NCBI GenBank assembly: GCA_965249555.1
Contig: OZ252243.1
Coordinates: 1,184,001-1,248,000, forward strand
Direction: 5' to 3'
Length of the DNA stretch: 64,000 nucleotides
DNA from: Nitrosopumilus sp.
GTDB taxonomy: Archaea; Thermoproteota; Nitrososphaeria; Nitrososphaerales; Nitrosopumilaceae
Part shown: piece by piece, positions 9,310 to 19,263 of the stretch
How positions within the stretch are numbered: position 1 is the first letter of the stretch
Layout of the letters: every line of letters begins with the position of its first letter
The notes under the pieces: model-generated
Told to the model about the DNA's origin: nothing
The model's input: the letters and a program-made list of their open reading frames with translations, nothing else
Databases searched by the model: none
Translations under genes and position numbers: made by a program

Positions 9310-10635
9310 ATGGATGAAACTGTTCTCAATATTGGATTTGATGATACTGATTCTCCTAAAGGAATGTGTACCACATTTCTAGCATACAAAATTGTTGATT
9401 TACTTCAAAAACAGGACGCTGAATTTCTTGATTTTCCAAGATTAATTCGATTTAATCCTAATATTCCATGGAAAACTCGTGGTAATGGAGCAGTTTCAAT
9501 CAGAATAAAGACTAAAAATCCTTCTAAGATAAAAAATCAAATTAAAAATCTTGTTTCAAGATACTCTGATGTTAAAAATGGGGCAAATCCTGGTTTAGTA
9601 TTTTTTGAAAGTGATGCAATTCCTACTGAGTTTACTAATTTTAGTAACTTAGCTTTGTGGCAATTAATTAATAGAAACAATGCAAAAAAATTTGCCAAAA
9701 AAAATGATCTTGAATTTTTCTATCAAGGAAATGGTCAAGGACTTGTTGGTGCAATTGGTGCAATAGGGTATGATTTTCAAGATCATACCTTAGAACTTTT
9801 AAGTTATCGTAAAAGAAAAAAATTTGGAAAAGAAAGAAAACTTTCTGCTTCAAGTGTAAAAATTATGCAGGAAAAAACTTTGCCAAATACGTTTAATAGT
9901 TTTGATACAAAAAAAGGACGAATTTTAATTACTCCGCATGGCCCTGATCCTGTATTTTATGGTGTTAGAGGTGAAAATGTAAATTCATTATTGTATGCTA
10001 CAAAAATTCTGAAAAGTGATGAAAAATTAGATGGTTACATGATCTTCAAATCTAATCAAGGAACTGGAGATCATTTGAAAAATGAATTAAATTTTGAAAA
10101 TATGAAACCTTATGCTTCTGGAAAAATCACCGGAATTGTATCAGATACACCAAAAATTGTCAAAGGCGGACATGTCTTTTTTAAAATTTTCTCTCAAAGT
10201 CATGAATTTTGGTGTGCAGTTTACAAACCGACAGGAATCTCATCTGTTGCTCTGAATTTGATTAAAGGAGACAAAATATGTGTCGGTGGAGGAGTTCGAA
10301 AGGCATCTAAAAAATTTCCTCGAATCATTAATCTCGAATTTATTGATATCATTCACCTTGAAAAGAATCTTTCAAAATCTAATCCAATTTGCAAAAAATG
10401 TAACAAAAACATGAAATCCAAAGGTCAGAATCAAGGATTTCAGTGTATTCGATGTGGAAAAAAAGCTTCTAAAAAAATAACTATTGAAATTTCAAGAAAG
10501 ATCAGAAAACAACTGTATATTCCAAAAATGTCTGCACATAGACACCTAACAAGACCTTTGCAACGAATTGGAATTTCTAACAAAATCTCAAAATTTGATA
10601 AATCTCTTTCATGGTTTTGCGTTTATAGAAACTAA
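9310..10635 (+). CDS. tiaS: tRNA(Ile2) agmatidine synthetase TiaS
   Basis: GFDDTDS..GMCTT, NPNIPWKTRGNGA, PHGPDPVFYGVRG, C-terminal Zn ribbon, RHLTRP. Confidence 0.95.
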   Translation: MDETVLNIGFDDTDSPKGMCTTFLAYKIVDLLQKQDAEFLDFPRLIRFNPNIPWKTRGNGAVSIRIKTKNPSKIKNQIKNLVSRYSDVKNGANPGLVFFESDAIPTEFTNFSNLALWQLINRNNAKKFAKKNDLEFFYQGNGQGLVGAIGAIGYDFQDHTLELLSYRKRKKFGKERKLSASSVKIMQEKTLPNTFNSFDTKKGRILITPHGPDPVFYGVRGENVNSLLYATKILKSDEKLDGYMIFKSNQGTGDHLKNELNFENMKPYASGKITGIVSDTPKIVKGGHVFFKIFSQSHEFWCAVYKPTGISSVALNLIKGDKICVGGGVRKASKKFPRIINLEFIDIIHLEKNLSKSNPICKKCNKNMKSKGQNQGFQCIRCGKKASKKITIEISRKIRKQLYIPKMSAHRHLTRPLQRIGISNKISKFDKSLSWFCVYRN

Positions 10636-10636
10636 G

Positions 10637-10711
10637 TAGCGGGGAGTAGATTTGAACTACTGATTTGCGGGTTATGAGCCCGCCGGGATGACCTGACTTC
10701 CCCACCCCGCT
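10637..10711 (-). tRNA. Initiator tRNA-Met (CAT)
   Basis: AGCGGGG...CCCCGCT-A with A1-U72; anticodon arm GCGGG-CTCATAA-CCCGC with three G-C pairs. Confidence 0.95.
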
Positions 10712-10762
10712 GATCGATAAAAGATGATCTGCCGTATATACGCTTATCAAATTCTTACTCTG

Positions 10763-12063
10763 TTAACTATATGTGAATACAAAAAGAAGGAATTCAGATA
10801 GCATAGGAAATGAATCTAATTCCAGGGCTCGTAATCCATCGTCCTCAAAGAAACAGATTAGGGTAAAAAAAGACAAGGGCATGTATATTGGCATTGACTT
10901 GCACAAGAAATTTCTTCAAGTAGCAACAATGGATAATGACGGAAAGATATTACAAAACATAAAAATTGAGAACACTCATGAATCAATCAAGAAACATTTT
11001 ACAGACATACCAATTCATGCCAATATTGTCATGGAGTCATCATCAGTTTGGTATGGCACGTATGGATTTCTTACAGATGAATTGGGATACAAAAACGTAA
11101 ACACTGTCAAACCCATATCTTACAAAAGCAATAGCTGCATCAAAAAAAACAGACAAGATTGATGCCAAGATACTAGCCAGATCTTTTGCGTGGAGGATAC
11201 ATGCTATGTTCCAAACAAAAAAATAGTAAAACATCGTCAACTGGTAAGATACAGAAAAAAACTCATTCAGTGGAGAACCTCTCTCAAAAATTCTGTTCAT
11301 GGAATTTTGTTACAGGAGGGAATCAAGATATCAGGAGTCACGTTCACTGTAACATACAACAGAAAACTCATGTCACTAGGTGACTGTCGCATAGATGGAT
11401 TTGTACGACAGATAGACTATCTTAATCTGCAAATTGCAGAGATTGATTCAAGAGTGTATGCTGCTGTAAAGACCAGTCCTGATGCCATGATAATAAAATC
11501 AATACCCGGAATTGGTGATTACGCATCACTAGTTATCGCATCAGAAATTACAGATATTAACAGATTCAATGACTCTCACAAGTTATGTGCATATGCCGGA
11601 GTCGTACCATCAGTTAGAAACTCTGCAGATTACATCATGGCTGTATAACCAAAAGGGAAAGCATGACACTACGATGGGTTCTTACTCAATGTGTCCATAC
11701 TCATACAATACATGCCAAGAACAGTGACATTACAAAATTTTACAATCGCATTAAAAAGAAGAGAGGCTCATCAAAAGATGTAGTTGCCGCATCATCCCAG
11801 ATCCTGCGAGTGATTTACTGGATGCTAAAAGAGAGAATTTGTACAGAATTACAGTTAGGACTGCAAGTCGCGTTATGATTAGTGAGGGACAAGCCTCGGT
11901 CAATAACTGCGAATAATCCTAACAAAGGGATGAAGATAGCATTGAGGGACAAGCCTAGTATGGATACATGTCCGTCATCTTTTGATTGAAAACCTTCTCT
12001 AGCGAAAGATATGCCTTGGGATGCCAAAAAGTAGGAAATGTATAAAAACAATTCACATGGATA
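10763..12063 (+). mobile_element. IS110/IS1111-like element (type A), copy 1, frameshifted
   Basis: YIGIDLHKK, KTDKIDA, SIPGIG, AYAGVVPS; sub-terminal IR ATGTGAAT/ATTCACAT; about 200-bp downstream non-coding end. Confidence 0.9.
11860..12050 (+). ncRNA. Putative bridge/seek RNA region of IS110 type A
   Basis: Non-coding end with the motif TGAGGGACAAGCCT twice, each followed by a segment matching target or donor DNA. Confidence 0.55.
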
Positions 12064-12282
12064 ATCTTAGGAACACTTCATCAAAGTGTTCAAAGACCGG
12101 AAGGTGATTTGAATAGAAGGCAAAGATTCCAAGATTTGGCATAAAACAAGAGTTTCAAGAGATATTGTGATGAGAATGAAAAGAAAAAATTTACAAGGAG
12201 GTAATCATAAAAATGTGGTATTGTGTCTAATGTAGAAGTATATTAGTCCAAAAAGATAAATAGTTTTTTTAGTTAAAATTGT

Positions 12283-12576
12283 ATGGATAAAGATTCTGTA
12301 TTTAATTTTATTGATAAAATATTAAAAAAAGACAGCATCCAGCCACTTGATTTGTTTTGGGGTAAATATGAGGGAGATGAAGAGGATCTTCTTTGTACTT
12401 TTTTTACCTATTTAATGTCAAATTGTGTTATAAGATATGACTCAAAATCCATGGAATATGGAATGTATAAATTTTCAAAACCAGGTAAAGAAATACTTGA
12501 AAATAAACAAAAACGGGATATTTTTGTTCTGAACTTTTTAAGACTTTATTATTGTGACGAAAATGTCGAATTATAG
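12283..12576 (+). CDS. Hypothetical protein (possible winged helix)
   Basis: 97-aa ATG ORF; YKFSKPGKEIL resembles a wing-helix ending. Confidence 0.5.
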   Translation: MDKDSVFNFIDKILKKDSIQPLDLFWGKYEGDEEDLLCTFFTYLMSNCVIRYDSKSMEYGMYKFSKPGKEILENKQKRDIFVLNFLRLYYCDENVEL

Positions 12577-12609
12577 GTAGCCAGGAACAGATAAAATATA
12601 TCTAAAATC

Positions 12610-12702
12610 ATGTTATCACAAAATGAAATTAAGCTAAGATCAGCAAAGTTTTCTGAGGATTGGAAAAGTGCATCTTATGAAAAAGGTGAGACACAGACGT
12701 TC
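12610..12702 (+). pseudogene. N-terminal remnant of an MmeI/YeeA-like type IIL restriction-modification enzyme
   Basis: MLSQNEIKLRSAKFSEDWKSASYEKGETQTF matches the LS.NEI..RA..FS..W N-terminus of the MmeI family; similarity ends abruptly. Confidence 0.65.
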
Positions 12703-12786
12703 AATTATGATAATACCAAAAAAAAACAGAATAGCCAAATCAGTTAAAGTGTCATATACCGTAGCACTTCATCAAACACTAAAAAA

Positions 12787-13104
12787 TCAAGTGTTCTGAG
12801 GGAGCATCTTAATCCAGCAACTGTCCTTGTCATTTGATAACCAACAAAACTTGTGAAGACTCAAAATATCATTAATCTCTCTCCAAATCGGTTTATCAAT
12901 CCAGCATCTAGGGGCAATCTTGATGGAATCGCCCTCATTGACTATGGTTACTTTATCGATTCTCTTTCCAAGATTATTTACAAAGTTAACTTTAGTTCCT
13001 GACAGTTTGATCAAATCCTGATACTTGTCTTTACCAAGACTCAAATCAATTCCAGCCACTTCAGCAGGAGTATTACCACCAAGCCCCTGATGTGGTTTTA
13101 CAAA
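12787..13104 (-). pseudogene. C-terminal remnant of an IS6-like/rve DDE transposase
   Basis: FVKPHQGLGGNTPAEVAGIDL matches the (YN)F.RPH..L.G.TPAE motif. Confidence 0.65.
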
Positions 13105-13178
13105 TCAAATCTATATTCCTATAATAATAACAATTTCTCAAGTAATGGTTTATTATACTAAGTTTTTAAAATTTATGA

Positions 13179-13622
13179 ATGGAACCATGGAATTTAGGAA
13201 TTTTTACAATCATGGCTGTGATGGTTACAGTAATAGGAATCCTATTAGCTTCACGTTTTGTATATCTAGATAATAGATACAGCAACATAATTCGAACCAA
13301 TGAAATGAAAATACAGGAATTAAATGATGAACGAGATAAGCCCGATTCTGATAATGAAAAAATTATTACAGAACAATTAAGGGTTAGCTTTTCAGTAGGA
13401 GAATACATATCTAAACGTGCAGATAATAGAGGAATTGGAATATGGGTTGATATATTTAGTTTGCTCGGAATCATAATATTGGGAATTATAACAACTTTTG
13501 GTGTTTTTGATGATTCAATAAGATTTACATTACTTGTTACCTTTTCAATGCTGTTATTTTTAGTGCCATTAGTAAATTTCCTTCGACATGTAAGGTATGT
13601 AAATAAATTCAAATCAGATTAG
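13179..13622 (+). CDS. Hypothetical membrane protein (3 TM)
   Basis: Three hydrophobic segments. Confidence 0.65.
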   Translation: MEPWNLGIFTIMAVMVTVIGILLASRFVYLDNRYSNIIRTNEMKIQELNDERDKPDSDNEKIITEQLRVSFSVGEYISKRADNRGIGIWVDIFSLLGIIILGIITTFGVFDDSIRFTLLVTFSMLLFLVPLVNFLRHVRYVNKFKSD

Positions 13623-14099
13623 AGAATCTTTTATTCTGCTTTTTGTAGTGTATTTTGGGTATGCATCATAAACCTGCCTTAACAATTCAACGAGTTTCAT
13701 AGTTTGTAAATATCTAATCTTATTATTAATTTTAATTACTTCATCTGTTGTATTGAAGAATATCTTACGCCATTTGATACGTCCTTTAAGTGTGAGAAAA
13801 TACTGTTTGAAGCCTCGATCCTTGTCAATCATCTTTTCATCTAATATTCCATTTGTAACACAATTCTTAATATCCTGAGTTAACTGTTCACTATATGGAC
13901 CAAAACGATGTGGTTTCCAATCCTCATAAAAATTAAAAGATCGATTATAACTTAGGTTTAATTCTGCTAATTCTTTTTGATATTGTTTGAATATTACAAA
14001 ACCATACTTTTGAAATCTTGTAGCACCTTGTATGACATTATCATTAATTATGAACAATACTCGATCTTCTGGATTTAATGTCAATTCATTATCAGTCAT
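13614..14099 (-). CDS. YwgA/DUF4065(SocA)-like winged-helix protein
   Basis: G.TRFQKY.F, W.P..FGPYS..L, Y.LT.KG, VY..YP.YT motifs. Confidence 0.65.
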   Translation of the reverse strand: MTDNELTLNPEDRVLFIINDNVIQGATRFQKYGFVIFKQYQKELAELNLSYNRSFNFYEDWKPHRFGPYSEQLTQDIKNCVTNGILDEKMIDKDRGFKQYFLTLKGRIKWRKIFFNTTDEVIKINNKIRYLQTMKLVELLRQVYDAYPKYTTKSRIKDSLI

Positions 14100-14260
14100 A
14101 GATTTCCCATTGGTTGTGTATTAATACCTCATAATAAGGGGTGCTCTCTCATGTCATTGTATTGCCTGTCTCTTTGTTGAAATCAAGGAAATGACACTAA
14201 AATGGAATAGAGTACAAATTCTTGAAAGTAATTAATAGGATTTGAAAAGCTTATCTCTTT

Positions 14261-15352
14261 GTGGATAAAAAAACTCGAATCATTGCAGTTATTGCTGTTG
14301 TGATATTTTCTGTTTTTGTTTTAACTTCTCCATCAGATCCTATTCCATTACCATTACCCACTTCAAATTCTGAAAGTGCTTCTGTAAGTATTTTAGCTGA
14401 AAACCTTGACAAACCTCGCGCAATTGCTATTTCTGAGGACAGAATTTTTGTTACTGAAAAAGATGGATTCATTAGAGTAATTCAAGACAATAATCTGTTA
14501 GAATCACCATTAGCTGTATTTCGTTCTGCCAATGTGTTTGATGGGGGATTGTTAGGTATTGCGCTTCATCCGGATTTTTCAAACAATCATTACATCTATG
14601 TATTTTTGACATATGAAGAAAATGGAAATTTGTGGAATAAGATTTTGCAAATAACTGAATCTGAAAATAAATTGCAAGATGCTGAAACTATACTTGATAA
14701 AATTCCTGGTTCCACATTTACAAATGGTGGTTTTATAAAATTTGGACCTGATGGAAAACTGTATGTAGGTACTGGAACTGTTTCTGATTCGTCTCATCTT
14801 CCGCAAGACCTTGATTCTTTATCTGGAAAAATTTTAAGACTAAATGATGATGGTACCATTCCAGATGATAATCCATTTTCTGATTCCCCAGTATACTCTT
14901 TAGGACATAGAAATCCTCAAGGAATGACTTGGGATCATAATGGCAACATGTTTGTAGCCGAATTTGGGCCTGAAAAAAATGATGAAATAAATCTAATTCA
15001 AGCAGGAAAAAACTATGGTTGGCCTGAACAACAATGTTCTGGTATTGATAAATATGAAAATGCCATTCTCTGTTATGATCCAAGCATAGAACCAGGCGGT
15101 ATCTTGTTTTATTCTGGAGATAAACTTGATTTTGAATCTTCATTCATAATGGCTTCTATGAGGGCAACTAATCTTTATCAGCTAGATTTTGAAGAGGGAC
15201 TAAGCTCTCAGAAATCTATTCTAAGTGGGATTGGCCGTGTTCGTGATGTAGTACAAGGTCCTGATGGAAGTCTTTATGTAATTACTTCAAATACTGATGG
15301 AAAAGGTTTTCCAGATAGAATGGATGATAAATTATTGAGGATATTAAAATAA
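14261..15352 (+). CDS. PQQ-dependent sugar (glucose/sorbosone) dehydrogenase
   Basis: GGLLGIALHPDF, FGPDGKLY, SLGHRNPQG, GKNYGWP, RVRDVVQGPDG. Confidence 0.9.
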   Translation: MDKKTRIIAVIAVVIFSVFVLTSPSDPIPLPLPTSNSESASVSILAENLDKPRAIAISEDRIFVTEKDGFIRVIQDNNLLESPLAVFRSANVFDGGLLGIALHPDFSNNHYIYVFLTYEENGNLWNKILQITESENKLQDAETILDKIPGSTFTNGGFIKFGPDGKLYVGTGTVSDSSHLPQDLDSLSGKILRLNDDGTIPDDNPFSDSPVYSLGHRNPQGMTWDHNGNMFVAEFGPEKNDEINLIQAGKNYGWPEQQCSGIDKYENAILCYDPSIEPGGILFYSGDKLDFESSFIMASMRATNLYQLDFEEGLSSQKSILSGIGRVRDVVQGPDGSLYVITSNTDGKGFPDRMDDKLLRILK

Positions 15353-15353
15353 A

Positions 15354-16616
15354 ATGCCAGACTCGTCAATTTCAAAGTTTTTTGAAAAATCAAGAAAAGA
15401 AAGATTGGGTATTGTTGCAAATTTTTCAAACCTTTCTGATGAAGAATTAGATATTTTGCAAAGCAACAATGGAGGAATTTCATATGATAAAGCAGATAAA
15501 ATGGTGGAAAATGCCATTGGTACATTTTCTCTTCCCTTAGGAATTGCAACAAACTTCAAGATTAACGGTAAAGACTACATAATTCCAATGGTAATTGAGG
15601 AGCCATCTGTAATTGCAGCAGCATCCAAAGGAGCCAAAATTGCACGAATTAAAGGTGGATTTGAAGTTACAGCAGATGAATCTTATAGCATTGGTCAAAT
15701 ACAAGTGTTAGATGTTGATATTCCCTCTGCAATTCAGCAAATCACTAATTCTTCCAATGAAATTCTTCAACTAGCAAATTCCAAAAGCAATACATTATCT
15801 AAAATGAATAAAGGTGCAAAAGAAATCTCTTGTAAAGAAATTGATACGCCCTCCTGCAAAATGCTTATTGTTGAACTCTTAATTGATGTTGGAGATGCGA
15901 TGGGTGCAAATATTACTAATACAATGTGCGAAGCTGTTTCACCATTAATTCAAAAGATTACAGGTGGACGAACATTACTTCGAATATTATCAAACTATTC
16001 GACTAGAAGAATTGCTAAAGCAAAAGCAGTATTTGAAAAAGAAGCTGTTGGAGGAGAAACTGTTGTTGATAATATTATTTTAGCATTTGAATTTGCTGAT
16101 AATGATGTCTACCGAGCAGTGACTCACAACAAAGGTATCATGAATGGAACCATATCTGTGGCAAATGCAACTGGTCAAGATAGTAGAGCCATTGAAGCTG
16201 CAGCAAATGCTTATGCTGCAAAATCTGGCAGATATCGATCTCTTAGTAAATGGAGTAAAGATGGTGATGGTAATTTAGTTGGAACCTTGGAAATTCCATT
16301 ATCCGTTGGAATTGTAGGTGGAATTGCAAATGTTCATCCAGTTGCCAAAGTTTGCACAAAGATTCTTGGAGTTTTATCAGCACAAGAGCTTGCATGTGTA
16401 ATGACTGCTACTGGTTTAGCTCAAAATTACAGTGCCATCCGAGCTCTTGCTACTGAAGGAATTCAAAAAGGACACATGCGTCTGCATGCAAGAAATCTTG
16501 CTGCAGCAGCAGGAGCTACATCTGAGCAGATAGATGAAATTGTTCAAAAAATGATTGAAGAAAAGAAAATTTCACTTGATAGAGCTAAAGAGTTATTGTC
16601 AAAGATGAATAATTAA
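15354..16616 (+). CDS. mvaA: HMG-CoA reductase, class II
   Basis: ENAIG, EEPSVIAA, DAMGAN, THNKG, IQKGHMRLH. Confidence 0.93.
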   Translation: MPDSSISKFFEKSRKERLGIVANFSNLSDEELDILQSNNGGISYDKADKMVENAIGTFSLPLGIATNFKINGKDYIIPMVIEEPSVIAAASKGAKIARIKGGFEVTADESYSIGQIQVLDVDIPSAIQQITNSSNEILQLANSKSNTLSKMNKGAKEISCKEIDTPSCKMLIVELLIDVGDAMGANITNTMCEAVSPLIQKITGGRTLLRILSNYSTRRIAKAKAVFEKEAVGGETVVDNIILAFEFADNDVYRAVTHNKGIMNGTISVANATGQDSRAIEAAANAYAAKSGRYRSLSKWSKDGDGNLVGTLEIPLSVGIVGGIANVHPVAKVCTKILGVLSAQELACVMTATGLAQNYSAIRALATEGIQKGHMRLHARNLAAAAGATSEQIDEIVQKMIEEKKISLDRAKELLSKMNN

Positions 16617-16806
16617 AATTCTTTAATTGTTTTTAATAATAACTTATCTTTCCAAATTACATGTTCCGGATAACAATTTAACATAAAACCATTTGAAATG
16701 AGATAAAATTCCCAATTTTCACATTTATCATCAAATTCATATGGATGTGTATTTTCATTTTCCCAATTAAATCCATTTATAATATCTGAATTGGGGTAAC
16801 CATGGT
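16613..16806 (-). pseudogene. 3' remnant of an unknown gene, cut at the 51-bp repeat
   Basis: Short AT-rich reading frame whose start falls inside the repeat. Confidence 0.4.
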
Positions 16807-16857
16807 TCCCCAAGTTTACAGAATTTTGAGAGAAAATGAAATGTCCCTAAGAATTTA
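16807..16857. repeat. 51-bp dispersed repeat, copy 2
   Basis: Reverse complement of 442-492. Confidence 0.9.
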
Positions 16858-17014
16858 GTGTAATCTTTTATTAAATTTGGCTCAGATGTAAAATAGGATA
16901 TAGAGATTACAGCTCCAATCATTGTCACACTTATTGTTAGGATTTTTGTAAACTTTACGCTAGAAATTTTAAAGTTAAATTGAGGCTTTTATACAGTACT
17001 CTTGGTATCCATAA

Positions 17015-17992
17015 ATGTCTCAAGTACGATTTGCAATTCCTAAAGGAAGTCTAGAGGATGCTACTTTCAAATTATTAGAAAAATCTTGGACCAAAGTTAC
17101 CCGAAAAAGTAGAACCTATCGAGTTTACCTTGATGATCCAAATATTATTGTCAAGATGCTTCGTCCTCAAGAGATTCCAACTTTAGTTGCAGAAGGATTG
17201 TATGATGTAGGTATCACTGGTAAAGATTGGGTAGGTGAAACAAATTCTGATGTTGAACCCATTTTAGATTTAGAGTATGGTAAAATTAGACTAGTGATAG
17301 CTTTTCCAGATAAATATAGTTACAAAAATCTTGATGAAATGATTGCAGATTATGGAAAAAAGAAAAAAACACTTCGTATATCTTCAGAATATCTTACTAC
17401 TGCCTCCAAATTTCTAAAACAATCAAAGTCTTACAAAAAATATTATGGTTCCAAAGATCCTCTAATTGTAACTCCGTGGGTTCGACTAGGAACTAACAAA
17501 AATGTCCAAATTCACTTATCATTTGGCGCAACTGAGGCAAAACCTCCTGAGGATGTAGATGCAATAATGGATGTTACTGAAACTGGCACAACTCTAAAAC
17601 AAAATAAATTAAAAATTGTTGATGAGGTGCTTACATCTACTGCACACTTGATTGTAAACAAGAAATCACTAAAGGATCCAAAAAAACGTGAAAAGATATT
17701 TGATATTGTAACTCTTATGAGAGGAGCTGTTTATGGTAAGAAATACCTACACATTTACCTAAATGTCGAAGAGAAAAATCTAAAAAAACTTCTAACACAG
17801 ATGCCATCTCTCAAAAAACCAACTATTAGTCCACTTAGTGAGAAAGGATGGTATGGAATAAACACAGTCATCAAAAAAGATGAATTTTACAAACTTATTC
17901 CAAAACTAAGGAAGATTGCTCAAGGTCTTGTAGTTCATGAACCGCGACAAATACTAGATCTTGAGGAGATTAAACGTGACGAAGAAAATTGA
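17015..17992 (+). CDS. hisG: ATP phosphoribosyltransferase
   Basis: AIPKGSL, DVGITGKD, GATE, TGTTLKQN. Confidence 0.95.
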   Translation: MSQVRFAIPKGSLEDATFKLLEKSWTKVTRKSRTYRVYLDDPNIIVKMLRPQEIPTLVAEGLYDVGITGKDWVGETNSDVEPILDLEYGKIRLVIAFPDKYSYKNLDEMIADYGKKKKTLRISSEYLTTASKFLKQSKSYKKYYGSKDPLIVTPWVRLGTNKNVQIHLSFGATEAKPPEDVDAIMDVTETGTTLKQNKLKIVDEVLTSTAHLIVNKKSLKDPKKREKIFDIVTLMRGAVYGKKYLHIYLNVEEKNLKKLLTQMPSLKKPTISPLSEKGWYGINTVIKKDEFYKLIPKLRKIAQGLVVHEPRQILDLEEIKRDEEN

Positions 17993-19263
17993 TAAAAATA
18001 ATCAAAGTAACTAATGTTGAAAAATTTGCAGCAAAAATTCTCCCAAAACAGCCTCAAAAAAACAAAAACATAGTTGAATCAATTCTCAAAAATGTCAAAA
18101 AAAATGGTGATGAGGCAATTCGAAAATATGAAAAAAAATTCAGTGGTGCAAATATCTCTTCATTACGTTTATCTCAAACAGAAATAAAAAATGCATACTC
18201 TAAAGTTTCTAAAACTGAAATTGCTGCATTACGTTTAGCGAAAGCTAGACTTGAAAAAACAGAATCCATAATTAAATCCCTTTTAAAAAATAAGACCATT
18301 AACAGTAACGGAATTAAAATTTCCAAAAAATTTGTTCCAATTGAAAGTGTTGGATGTTACATACCAGGTGGATTGGCAAGATATCCAAGCTCTGCAATAA
18401 TGTCTGTAGTTCCAGCTAAAGTTGCAGGTGTTAAAAGAATTGTGGTTGTGTCCCCTCCAAATTCAAATGGAACAATTTATCCATTAACAATTGTTGCTGC
18501 AAATATCTGTGGTGCTAATGAAATTTACAAAACAGGTGGTGCACAGTCAATTGCGGCGTTATCATATGGCACTAAAACCATTACCAAAGTTGACAAAATT
18601 GTTGGCCCTGGAGGTACATTTGTTACTACTGCAAAATCTTTGATAAGTGATCAGACTGGAATTGATATGCTTGCAGGTCCTACTGAATTAGGAATTGTTG
18701 CAGATAATTCAGCCAACCCAAAATTTGTTGCGTTAGATCTTGTTTCTCAAGCAGAGCACAGCAGTGACACTTTCTGTTATTTGATTACAACTTCTGTAAA
18801 ACTTGCAAAATCTGTTAACAGTATTATCTCTGCATTAATACCTAAAATTCAAAGAAACAATTTAGTAAAGTCTAGTCTAAAAAATAATGGATTTATTGCA
18901 ATTTGTAAAACTAAATCTGACATGATAAAACTTGCAAATATCTTGGCACCTGAACACCTGCAAATAATGACAAAAAATCCTGAATCTCTCTCCTCAAAAA
19001 TTACTACCCCCGGATTGATTTTGCTTGGAAACTATACCCCATCATCTGCTAGTGATTATGTTTTAGGCTCAAATCACATTCTTCCTACTAGCGGATTTGG
19101 AAAAATTCGAGGCTCACTTTCAATTTTGGACTTTATCAAGGTAAATACACAAGTTATTTCATCCAAATCTTCATTGTCCAAAATTTCAAAATACCTTGAC
19201 GTTTTAACAAAAGCTGAAGGGCTTCCTAACCACTATGAAGCAGTTAGAGGTAGATTAAAATGA
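17989..19263 (+). CDS. hisD: Histidinol dehydrogenase
   Basis: GCYIPGG, DKIVGPG, AGPTE, QAEH, APEHL, GSNHILPT. Confidence 0.95.
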   Translation: MIKIIKVTNVEKFAAKILPKQPQKNKNIVESILKNVKKNGDEAIRKYEKKFSGANISSLRLSQTEIKNAYSKVSKTEIAALRLAKARLEKTESIIKSLLKNKTINSNGIKISKKFVPIESVGCYIPGGLARYPSSAIMSVVPAKVAGVKRIVVVSPPNSNGTIYPLTIVAANICGANEIYKTGGAQSIAALSYGTKTITKVDKIVGPGGTFVTTAKSLISDQTGIDMLAGPTELGIVADNSANPKFVALDLVSQAEHSSDTFCYLITTSVKLAKSVNSIISALIPKIQRNNLVKSSLKNNGFIAICKTKSDMIKLANILAPEHLQIMTKNPESLSSKITTPGLILLGNYTPSSASDYVLGSNHILPTSGFGKIRGSLSILDFIKVNTQVISSKSSLSKISKYLDVLTKAEGLPNHYEAVRGRLK

